This document shows positions 52,906 through 64,000 of a DNA stretch of 64,000 nt, piece by piece; position 1 is the first letter of the stretch; the number at the start of each line of letters is the position of its first letter. The position numbers and the translations under genes are program-made. The notes beneath the pieces are model-generated. The model was given only the letters and a program-made list of their open reading frames with translations. It was not told the origin of the DNA and searched no databases. Source of the DNA: Eremomyces bilateralis CBS 781.70 (Eukaryota); the NCBI GenBank assembly GCA_010015585.1, contig ML975150.1. One strand, given 5' to 3'.

Positions 52906-54587
52906 ATGCCGTCGTCAATAGCGCTCTGTCTGAGGACAGCAGGGACATTCGCTCGATCCTCGCCTAAGGTAAGTCTGATCGTCGGCTGATCTCGAATGGC
53001 TCATCTCGAGATCGCGAGATCTGCACCTTTCACGCATCTAATGCATCCACAGACTCATGTCCTCCTTGCCCGAACATTCACAACCACCCTCCGCCGCAGC
53101 AAAATCAACAAAGTCTTCCCTTCCGCCTCCGAAGCCATCGCCGACTTGCCCTCAAACTCCACCGTGCTATGTGGAGGGTTTGGCCTATGCGGTGTCCCCG
53201 ATACTCTCATCAACGCCGTGAAAAACAATCCCCAAATAACCGGCCTGACAGCCGTGTCAAACAATGCCGGTGTTGTTGGATCGGGACTGGGCCTTCTGCT
53301 TGCTAGCAAACAGATCAAGAAGATGATTGCTAGCTACGTTGGGGAGAACAAGCTCTTCGAGAAAATGTACTTGACAGGGGAGGTAGAACTCGAGTTGACG
53401 CCGCAAGGCACACTTGCAGAGCGGTGTAGATCTGGTGGTGCAGGCATCCCGGCTTTCTATACCCCCGCGGCATTTGGTACGGTTGTGCAGACCGGCGAAT
53501 TGCCACTACGGCACACAGCGGATGGAAAGGTAGCAGAATATGGCCCGGCTCGGGACGTAAAGGTGTTCAATGGAAAGAGCTACGTCATGGAGGAATCCAT
53601 CAAGGGGGACTACGCTTTTGTGAAGGCATGGAAAGCGGATCGGTTAGGAAACCTCATGTTTCGATACGCTGCCAATAACTTCAATGGAGCCATGGCCCGG
53701 AACGCCAGGGTTACCGTTGTAGAGGCCGAACACATTGTCGAAGTGGGCGAGATTGACCCCCTCTCCGTCCATGTGCCTGGTATCTACGTCGACCGCGTCA
53801 TTCAAAGCACGGAGGAGAAGAAGATCGAGAAGGTGATCAACGCTAAAGACCCAGGTGAGACGCTCGGTGCCGGCGAGACCGCCAGCAAGCGAGAACGCAT
53901 TGTCAGGAGAGCTGCGAAAGAGTTCAAGAACGGCATGTACGCTAATCTGGGCATCGGTATGCCTATGCTTGCTCCGAGCTTCGTCGATCCCGATGTCGAG
54001 GTGCAATTACAATCCGAAAACGGCATCCTAGGACTGGGACCATACCCCCAGAACGGAGCAGAGGATCCCGATGTTATCAATGCTGGCAAAGAGACTGTGA
54101 CGCTACTCCCTGGTTCCGCTACGTTCGGCAGCGAGGAGTCATTCGGCATGATCCGGGCTGGCAAGATCAACCTGACCATCCTCGGGGCCATGCAGGTTAG
54201 CGCACGAGGAGACCTGGCCAACTGGATGTTGCCGGGTAAGATCAAGGGCTTTGGTGGCGCGATGGATCTCGTGTCCAACCCCCAGAAAACTAAAGTCGTT
54301 GTGACGATGGAACACACGGATAAGAAGGGACGACCGAAGATATTGAAGCAGTGCGAGTTCCCGCTGACCGGCAAGGCTTGTGTGTCGAGGATCATTACCG
54401 ACTTGGTGAGTCCACCGTTGCGGATACTGTTTTGAATGTGTGCTGACATGCTTAGTGTGTGTTCGATGTTGACTTCGCGGAGGGATTGACTCTCATTGAG
54501 CTGGCTGATGGCGTAACGGTTGATGAAATCCAGGCAAAGACAGAGGCGCCGTTCCGGGTTGCCGGTGAAGTTAAGCCAATGTTGTAA
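52906..54587 (+). CDS. OXCT1: Succinyl-CoA:3-ketoacid CoA transferase (SCOT), mitochondrial
   Basis: [38 protein letters not shown] active-site Glu, GGAMDL; introns 52969-53052 and ~54406-54455. Confidence 0.95.
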
Positions 54588-54996
54588 GAGTTCCACGCTT
54601 TGGGATCATTGAGCATCTTTTCTTGGCCCGCTTCAGGCTCCCTAATGGGGCTTGATCGGACGGCCGATATTAGAGAAGCCACCGCTACCAAGCGGACTAC
54701 ATTGGTGATCATAAGTTCGTATAGAACTCGTGGTCCCAGCCCACCTGTCACGAATCGGACGAGACCGACTTCGGCCATATATTGGAGCCCTAGTTGTAAA
54801 CCAAAATCATATGCGGAGTTATATTGCATAAAGAACGTTCATCACTTTTCATTCGATGGGCAATTTTGTTGTTTGATTTGCTTGCATGGTTATTTGTCGT
54901 TTAATGACTATCAATAATCTGTCCATGCTCCCAATCGACCTGGTATCTCCTTTTCAGTCGATGGCGAATATCTTCACCATTTCGTTACAAACACGC

Positions 54997-55723
54997 TTAC
55001 TTTCCGATCCTCTGTCGCAGGAACTGGACAGCAGCATTGACGTCGCTACCATATGCCAAGTGGCCAGCCGTGACGGAGAGTCCCGCGCCACAAACACCAT
55101 CATCCGATCTGCAGAAGATCTTCACCGCCTCTTTAGGGTAATTGGGAATCTGGCCTTTGTCCTCCTGGTTGCGGGTGTCGCCATAGAGCACACCACCCAC
55201 GACCTTCTCCTTGAGGCCCGCCTCAAGAGACGACACCGCACCGTGCATGACGGCGGCGCCTTGGCTGGATGCCAGTTAGCATTCGCGAAACGTGTAGATT
55301 TCGAGGGGACTTACCTGTAGCCACCGAAGACGATCTTTGCGTCCGGGCATTTCTTCGCCGCGTTGCTGAACGTCTTCTTGGCCTCATTGATCGCCGCCTG
55401 CGTCGTTCCGAGGGTGGACACGTTGTCCATGATGCTGGCCGTATACGCGCCTCCGACACCCTGGCAGGCGACGCCACCTCCCTTCTTCAGAGCAGTGCAC
55501 GTTTGAGGTCCAACGAGGTACCCCTGAGGACTCTGTTAGCGGAGTATATCATAGGAGCATTAAGGACCCTCACCATGTTCCCTGGCTCGGTCGAGCCACG
55601 AGCGAAGACGAAGATGACGGGCTGGCAGCCCTTGCTCAGGTCGTTCGACGTCTGTTGAGGTGCTGGGGCTGGAGCCGCCATGGCAAGGCCGGCGACGGCC
55701 AGGATAGAAGTCGACAGCTTCAT
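54997..55723 (-). CDS. Cutinase (CE5), secreted
   Basis: MKLSTSILAVAGLAMA signal; FARGSTEPGNM|G, ACQGVG..Y.A, CPDAKIVFGGYS|QG, LYGDTRN, FCRSDDGVC..HLAY; two introns. Confidence 0.94.
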
Positions 55724-58700
55724 GTTAGCGGCAGTGTCTTGAAAGGATCGGTAAGAATGGCCAATGGAAGAAGGGATGACTGTGTTCCGATGGAAAGAAA
55801 CAGGAGTCGTTCACGGCTTTCGGCTCGACCTTATATTCTTTTCTCAGCGGGCCATCTAAACTAAGCAATATAATAGAGACGTATACGACTCTCGGTCGTT
55901 ATCCTCTTCTGGATGATATGCGGGGATATTTGGGGAATATCCATAACAATGGTTGAACATTATCTCGTCAGTCATATCCCACGCCCCTCGGTGGTGAAAC
56001 TTTGCACAAGCTTGAACAATATCCGTTTCCCGATTCGGCTGCGGAAAGTCTGGGGTTATGATCCCACCAACCAGGCACCAGCCTGGAATTGAACCCAGTC
56101 ATAGCAGGATGCTCTTATTCGTGAATACTGGGCGAGAGTATGGAACACAAGCATAATGCAGGGCCATCCTCGGTCGGGGTCTGGGCTCCGGCCTAGCGTT
56201 TGAGAAATATAATATATCTCTAGAAATATGGAGAATTAGTGACCACCTGCTGACCACCAGAGTTCCTAGACAGATCACCGATGGCGGTCAATGTTTCTTC
56301 CGATTGTTTCGCTTAGTCTAGATCGGGATGGTTTGGATTGTACCAAGAGCGACAAGCTATGCGATTGGCCGCGTCATCATAGTTCATCCCCGGTTTCAGG
56401 ATACTCCTCATGAAACAGAAAGCAGAGATCCCTGGAGATCTGGGGAATCCTCGTGCACGTGGGACATAATATGATACACTTCCGGAAAGTTTATCATCAA
56501 ATTCATCATTAAGTTTACTTGAGGATGAATTCATCCTCTAGATCAGATGATACTCATCCTACTTACCGATGGGCGTCGAGTGGCGCTTCCGTTACCTTGA
56601 AGGAATATGGATAAAGAATTTACGACTTCAATTCTCTTGAAACGAAGCATCGAGGAAGATACCAATGGGCAGGTTAGGATCCACATCAGCGATCTGGTAG
56701 CTCCGTTCTCGACGGAAGAGGCCCGCAATTGACTGCCGACTGATCCCACTGGTTGAGCGATAGTACTTTACCTGGAAACAAGCTTTCTTGTCGCTCCGCT
56801 TGACTCGTTCCTAAAGAGAAAATCTTGAACGCCACCAGTACTCGCTCTCGTTTACTGATATATTATATGGAAAACCGTTCAGTATTGAGATCGGGCATGA
56901 ACATGGCAATATGGGGAAGGAGCTTAGAAATGAGTTTAAGCATTAACTCTACGATGGACCATTGCATTGGCGGGGTTGGGGGCATGCTGTATTGTGTGAT
57001 TGAGCATTAATGAGGCATCTTCCTCCGATATTGGTCGTAGGAAACGGGACTGAGAGGATATTTTTGGATCAATTCATACGCGTACGTAACGGTGAGGGGT
57101 CCCCGTGGCGGAATCATAGCACAATTTCAAGGTTGTTCGATTTGATACCCAGCCTTCGTTGTTCGTAGTTCGTTCCCACCTCCTAGATCGCTGATCCGCA
57201 GCGCTAACAACAAGAACAGTTCCATCCTAATTGAAAAATGGAACCAAACCCTCTTGGATCCTGGACAAGTTCTGGCAGTATCAACCCTAGGATCGTTCAG
57301 GAACGTCGAACGGAAAAGCAATGCACTTGGCAATCGAATTTCCTTTCCTCTAGATCACGTTGTGCACTTTCCGCTGGATACAGACTACAGTTACGGACTT
57401 ATAGACACAGTATGTTCACTCACTGATACGATTGCCCCGAAGACGGGAGAAAAGGCAGATACATCAGAGCATGTGGCGTACAATGTTTTTGTTCTCTATA
57501 TGCCGCTTCCTGCTATTCTACGATAGAATAGGAACTCGTGAAGCGCCTGCAGCACTTAAGACAGTTTTTTCTATGTCGACGTGGAGCGAATTTGGAGCGA
57601 TATAGCCAGCAAAGAAACAGCAAGTATTTCCAGCCAGAGGCCATCGATGAACGGTATCTGTGGTCGTCAATCCACATCCGAGCAGCCTTTCTTTACTGAA
57701 GAAAGGGATATTTCATCGGTGTAAAGTCTAGAAAGTTGGTATTAACATTCCTCTAGAGAAAATCGTATAGGATCTCTCTATAAATCGTATTCTCAACGCT
57801 TCCAGATTGTTAACGTCTTCCTTTCTAGAGTCTCAATTTATGGAGTCCAACCGTGTCATGATCGATTCATCATGCCTCTACTAATTCTTCTTTAGCTCAG
57901 CGCAGCTCTTAGAAACGAAGTCTCTGCTACCGTGAGCGTGTCACCACTGATTCGAGCGGGGCAAACCAAGTTATCGGAACGTTTGGAGACTATTCTGTGG
58001 TATCCCCGGCGTAAGAATGAGGAATGAAACGATCGGGTTCATGACCAAAGGAGGAATACGGGTGGAAAGGAAAATCTTTGAGGATAACGAAGCGGTCATT
58101 CTCTACGGCGACACCGTCCAGGACATCTTCTAGTACCTTAAACAGCGGAACCCAAGCTTTTTCACCGTCACTGGGGTGTCTTCCATTCCGGTTGTCGATG
58201 AATAAATGAGCACCCAGGTATGTTCGGAGTTCGAAGCGATGAACCGCTCTTCAGTCGAAAAATTGGAATAGGCTAACGCCGAAGCGATGCAGGAAGATTG
58301 GGCGCCCAATTGCGGCAAGGGAACTCCACCCAGTGTACACAGTGAGGAAACAACTCTTCCTATGAGGAAGCCGTGGAATGCCTCAGAAGCAAGGGGACCG
58401 ACGTCTGGATGTCCGAAGGCACAAAGGGATGTGCTATAAGATTAGCTGTTCCATATCCGCAGCGGTCTATATGTGCAACGATAAGCCCGAGGCGTAGCTC
58501 GTTCCGACGCGGATGCTGGGGAACATGCGTCAGCAGTTCCTTAATGCTTGCTGTTGTCTGTGGAGGTATGAAATGCAGAAATGGATGGCGGGAGCCATCT
58601 ATGAAGACTCGTGGAAGCTCTTCCTTGCGGAATGTGGCGAGTGGGACGGGACGAAAGGGGGTTGCTGATGCATTGCTGAGGCAAATTCATCAACGGCGCA

Positions 58701-59256
58701 TACGGCGATTAAGACTCCTCGGAGGGTTGCGATATGTGAGAGTTGAACCACCTGGGTCGTCTCTGGCTGCAGAGTCACTGATGTATGCAAGGAAAGGATC
58801 GTAAAATTCGGCGCCATCGCCCCAATAATATTCTGATACGGTGAGGGCATTACTCTCAATGCATAGACATAGCGATGCCATTCAATTCGGAAGTGTACTT
58901 TATCCTCCAAAGACGACATGTTCCTAAGAGGTCTTCCGTACTGTGCGCCGATGGCCTGTGACAATTGTTCTTCCGATTGTCGACAGAATTATACCGAGTA
59001 GGTTTTCTGCTCGATCAAATCCTCAACTGTTCGACAGCCGCCGGCATTCCGCGGCCTGCCTGGCTTATGTAGTTGTGATCCAGATCAATCGAGGAAGCAG
59101 TCCGCGTAGCTCAATATGAGCGGAGATAAGGGTCGGCGGATGGTATCTCAGCTTTGCAAGGCGAGATACTAACTCTCGCCTCCAAGAGAATCGGCTTTTG
59201 GTCCGAATTCGAGCGATAATCAACTTGAGGGCTGTCCGCAAGTATGCTCCAGTGCC

Positions 59257-59877
59257 TCATAGCAGTTCAAAGTCGTCAAGCTTATCGCGATACTGCATGA
59301 TGTTCCTCTTGATCTTGGATGAATCGACCCAGGTGACGAAGTCCTCCATGTTCCTGGCGAGAGTTAGAATGAACTGGCGCGGAAATGTAGCGCCTGGAAG
59401 CAAAACTTACCTCGTCACGAGAAACGCAGGGTCAGTCACAACTTCAGTTCCAACACGAACATGTCCTTGCTCGATGAACTTCACCGCAGCCTGTACCGTA
59501 TCCGCCATCCTCAGCCGTGTCATCACCACGCCCAATCTTCTCCTTGCCATCGCGCTAACTGTGACCTTGTGCTCGACATCGCTGAGTTTGCCCTTGCCAC
59601 TCCCGCCGGTGCTTAATATCCCCGTATCGAATAGTTTCTCTAACATGAGATCTTCATAGCGGATCCGGACCGGGTCATCGGGTGGGAGCAGAGTCAGCTT
59701 ATGGGCAAGTTGTCGTAATGAGCCGCATAATCGGTTGTACGCGGTGTAGTCGGAAGGTTTTTGGATGCAGTATCGTCGGCAAACGGCAGCGTCGCGATGG
59801 TCGTTGTCGCCCTTGTAGGTGACGAGGTCGACTTTGCGGAGGAGCCTCTGCTCATGATGCTTCAATTTTCGAACCAT
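59257..59877 (-). CDS. IMP3: U3 snoRNP protein Imp3
   Basis: [18 protein letters not shown]4 domain [39 protein letters not shown]. Confidence 0.97.
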
Positions 59878-60082
59878 GTTTGTATCAAGTCAGCTCTTTT
59901 AACCGCTGCTGTTTTGGCTCGAACCGACATATACAATGTCTTTTCAATCCATCACGATCAAATTCAAAGTCGAATGGAATCGAGGGAGCTCCGAAGCGAA
60001 AATTTTATTCCGACCAATCACATCAAGCGTGGTGCTCCATTAGAGTACTCTAGAGGTATCAAATCGATGAGACGACCCGAAA

Positions 60083-60089
60083 TGACTCA
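60083..60089 (+). promoter_or_regulatory. Gcn4/CpcA response element
   Basis: Perfect TGACTCA about 100 bp upstream of the HIS7 ATG. Confidence 0.7.
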
Positions 60090-60184
60090 CGAATATCGGC
60101 ATCGAGCACCCTTTTCTTCTTTCCCTGCTGGATTGAACATATAACTTTCGAATTCAATTGGGGAATTGAATTTGGCTGATAAAA

Positions 60185-61976
60185 ATGCCGACGGTGCACT
60201 TGCTCGACTACGTTGCGGGGAATATCCGGTCGCTGGTCAATGCCATTGAAAAAGTCGGGTATACCGTGGAATGGGTCAAAAGTCCAGAAGATATATCGAA
60301 GGCCGATGTAAGCATCCAACATGAATCCCATGTTGAGTGGACTTAACTGATGTTGTAGGACAGACCTTAATTTTACCAGGTGTTGGTCACTTCGGTTACT
60401 GCTGCAGTCAGCTAGCTAAATCAGGATACACGGAAGCAATATGCAACCATATCCGCTCGGGCAAACCCTTCATGGGGATTTGCGTGGGACTTCAGGCTCT
60501 TCTAGAAAGCTCAGAGGAAGATTCAGCTGTCAAAGGATTTGGAGTCATTCCCGGCTCCCTCACACGGTTTGATGACAGTGACAAGAGTGTCCCGCACATC
60601 GGCTGGAACTCTGCAAATACATCCTACGCGAAATCACTGGGTGGGAAAAGTCTGTACGGTTTACGACCCGACAGCAAGTACTATTACGTTCATTCCTACG
60701 CTGTGCCTTATCGAGCGGGAGAGCTCGAAAAGCTGGGATGGGACGTAGCGACTGCGCGATACGGCGATCAAGAATTCATCGGAGCAGTTGCAAAAGACAA
60801 CGTCTTTGCGACGCAGTTCCATCCTGAGAAGAGCGGTGCTGCAGGGTTGCGCGTCATCAAAGCGTTCCTTGATAGCAGAAGGGTATCGGATCTCCCGTAC
60901 ACCCCTGATTCCCTGCTGTCACAAGAAGGTCTGACGCGCAGGATAATTGCTTGCCTAGATGTGAGAACGAACGACAGTGGGGATTTGGTCGTTACCAAAG
61001 GGGATCAATACGACGTTCGAGAGAAATCGTCAAGCGGAACGGAGACGACAGACGGGAAGGGAGGGGCCGTCCGAAATCTGGGAAAGCCTGTGGAGATGGC
61101 GAAGAAGTACTACTCCGAAGGTGCTGACGAAGTTACGTTCCTAAATATCACGTCCTTCCGAAACTGCCCGGTGGCGGATCTCCCGATGCTCGAGATTCTC
61201 CGAAAGACGTCGGAGACCGTCTTCGTCCCCCTGACCATTGGTGGTGGCATTCGCGACACGGTCGACCCGGATGGAAAGAAGGTTTCTGCGCTGGATGTCG
61301 CGACGCTGTACTTCAAATCTGGAGCCGACAAAGTCAGCATTGGCTCGGATGCGGTCACGGCTGCGGAGGAGTACTTCGCGCGAGGCAAGAAACTGGATGG
61401 CACCACGGCAATCGAGACGATATCATCAGCGTATGGAAATCAAGCAGTGGTTGTTTCGGTCGACCCGCGCAGAGTATACGTTGCAGATCCGTCAAGTACC
61501 TCTCACCATACGATCAAGACTGCATTCCCCGGCCCCAATGGCGAGGAGTACTGCTGGTACCAAACCACGATCAAAGGCGGCCGCGAAGGCCGAGACTTCG
61601 ACGTCCGACAACTGGTCACAGCCGTCGAGGCGATGGGATGTGGCGAGATCCTTCTCAACTGCATTGACCGGGACGGGTCGAATAAAGGGTTCGACCTGGA
61701 ATTGATTCGGGACGTCAAAGCGGTAGTGAAGATCCCGGTGGTTGCGAGCAGCGGTGCGGGCGTTCCTGAACATTTTGGCGAGGTTTTCGAGGCGGCGAAT
61801 CCGGATGCTGCGCTTGGTGCGGGAATGGTGAGCGGATCCCTTTCTGGTGGACTCGATTACTGGGCATTGGCTGACAACTTTCACAGTTCCATAGGGGAGA
61901 GTACACGGTGAAACAGGTGAAGGAGCATTTGTACTCGAAAGGCCTTCGCATACGCAAGTTTGAGGAGGATATTTGA
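60185..61976 (+). CDS. HIS7: Imidazole glycerol phosphate synthase (HisH-HisF fusion)
   Basis: [56 protein letters not shown]; two introns. Confidence 0.97.
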
Positions 61977-62096
61977 TTCGGGGGACTTGACTCAAACGAA
62001 TAGATGGGCCTTATGGGATTTCCGAAAAAGTCTGCGCGGACTGCAACTTTGTATTGAATACGATAGACCTACCTTCGGGTATCCTAGATTGCATTA

Positions 62097-64000
62097 CTAC
62101 GCCCCTTTTTCCTGAAAGAACCTCCCAATTCCCTCCGTGACTTTCCCCGTGTTCCCCGCTTCGCACAAACTCTCCCTAATCCAACTCGGCAACTTCGTCC
62201 GGATCCTCTCCGCACCATACCTCTTATCAATCAACACAATCGTCGCGTAATCCCCCTTATGCCGAATCGCCCGCCCGATCGCCTGATTCACCGCGCGCAT
62301 CGTCGCGTTCTCGTAGAACTCCCTCGCCACCGCCTTCCCCACGTCCTGCGCCGCTTGGCCATCCGCGCCGTCGGCGGCCTTCGAGGAGATGTAAGCCATC
62401 TTCGCTTTCCATTCGGCGGAGTGGGGGTTGGGGAATGGGAGGCCGACGACGACGACGCAGCGACCGAGTTCGTCGCTGAAGTTGATGCCTTCGGACAAGT
62501 TGCCGCCGATGACGGAGAGCAGAACGGCGCCTTTGTGTGGTGTTGATGGGGTTCTGATCGCTTGGGTGTATGCGGAGAGGATTGAGTCGTTGATGACCGC
62601 TTTGTCTGGGTTGTTCGAGGGGACGGACTCGGATGGTTTTGTCGGGGTCTTGGATTCGAAAAACACGGCTTTCGTGGCAGAGAGACGGTTAAAGACGGTC
62701 GAGCCAGGCTGTTTCCATTTTGATAGGCAGAGGTCTAGGTAAGCGTAGCTGGGGAAGAAGACAACAGTCCCATCAGGGACATTAGAAACCACCGAGATGA
62801 GAGTTTCACCCAGTTGCTGGATCTGCGCGTCCGAGTTCCTTTTCGCGAATGTAAAGTCGAAGTCGACCCCACTTCCTGTTTGAACCAGCGGCCACGCCGC
62901 AATGTTCGAGGCTGGGATAACGTGCCCGCAGGAGAGCGTGGATATTCTCGTCGGCTCAACGTAGGGGAATAGATGTTTGAAGTAATCCTCCATTGGAGAC
63001 ATAGTCCCGCCGGCGAGAATCACGGCCCTGGTCTCCTCCACGATCTCCTTGAAATGGAAGGTTGGATCAAGGAGGCGGTATTGCAACATTATCGACCGGC
63101 CGTCGCCTCGATGGTAGAAGAATTGGCCTTCACGGGAGGGGTTTGTCAATGCGTTGAAGAAGCTATGGATCGACATCAGTGACGGAGCTGATCGGCCTCT
63201 GCTAGGCTTCTTTGTAGTGGAATGGGTTGTCTCTTCGTGGTTGACGTGTTCGGTATATCCATCAATCTTCCGGGCTAGCTTGCTTTCGTTGAGATATACC
63301 GACAGCTTGTAAAGATTGATCTGGTCGACTGCCTTGCCTGCCATGATCTCGTTGTATAACGCGATTCCTTCCGCGTTAGGAGCCTCGAAAAGCTTGCCCC
63401 GGAGATATTCACCCAACGAGTCTAGCAAGCGGACGACTTGAGTGACATATACGCGGTTCTTGCCCTTCAGACGATTCCGGAATCTCTGAAGATAGATACC
63501 GATCTGTTTCCGTGAGCGTTCGACTTGCTCGAGAGACACCGATACAGAGTAGATGCTGTTGATGGCCTCCATGAGATTGTGCGCTTCGTCGATAATGACG
63601 ATATTGTCCTTCAGATTTATATTGAGAGCTTCGCGTGCGCTCTTTTGAAGAAGGAGTGGGTATGGCAAACTCACAACCTGCGCCCTTTAGCGATGTCTTG
63701 ATATAGGAAACAACGGACTTACCTCTGATGGTAGGATGGAATATCTTGATGCATAGTATGGGCACACGCCTAGATCGGAACCCAGGGACGCAAGTTTCTC
63801 AATGTCCCGTACATTTGCGAAGGCATAGTCCCTGAAGTCGTTCATGAGATACTCTGACTGCTTCGACGGGAGAAAGGAACATCTGCTCTGTTCTGGCGTC
63901 CCCGACTGCTGTATTTCAAGACAGCGCTCATTGATTGAAGTAGCATCCTTCAAGCGGTTGACTTTCGGGTTTACGCAGAGGTTCTTGCGAGAGCCTAAGG
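62097..64000 (-). CDS. CHL1: Chl1/DDX11 Fe-S DNA helicase, 3' part (5' end outside window)
   Basis: SRKNLC, CPYYASR, IIDEAHNL, LAGGTMSP, FFPSY, SEGINFSDELGR, AVNQAIGRAIRH. Confidence 0.95.

Noticed and set aside
55480..55495. Suspected frameshift in the second cutinase
   Set aside because: Re-reading gives CTG AAG AAG GGA GGT GGC, which is in frame.
1..64000. CRISPR arrays, rRNA, riboswitches, TGA-CTA peroxisomal readthrough, secondary-metabolite backbone genes
   Set aside because: Looked for by eye and not seen.

Overview
Eukaryotic DNA from a filamentous ascomycete (Pezizomycotina; Dothideomycete-like by inference). It has short GT-AG introns with CTRAC/CTAAT branch sites and is gene-dense. 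Housekeeping genes assembled by hand across introns: SND1, SOD1, TAL1, SF3B5, RPC11, MED31, PAL1, KU80, MRPS17, PET112/GatB, SCOT, IMP3, HIS7, CHL1 (partial) and an intron-containing tRNA-Gln(CTG). Accessory genes: a Zn2Cys6 factor, an epoxide-hydrolase-like enzyme, a GNAT-like protein, a sterol glucosyltransferase, an FAD monooxygenase, two CE5 cutinases, a LysM protein and a small secreted protein. Mobile DNA: a 424-bp fold-back MITE and an inactivated pogo/Fot1 transposon with RIP-like stops. I see no convincing new multi-gene system. The most unusual signals are (i) recurrent C-rich-to-G-rich strand-skew switch points, (ii) a conserved intron with a GA rather than GT donor, (iii) a candidate intronic C/D snoRNA, (iv) an apparently pseudogenised hemerythrin-like gene and (v) the near-perfect palindromic MITE. 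All identifications come from recalled motifs, not database searches.
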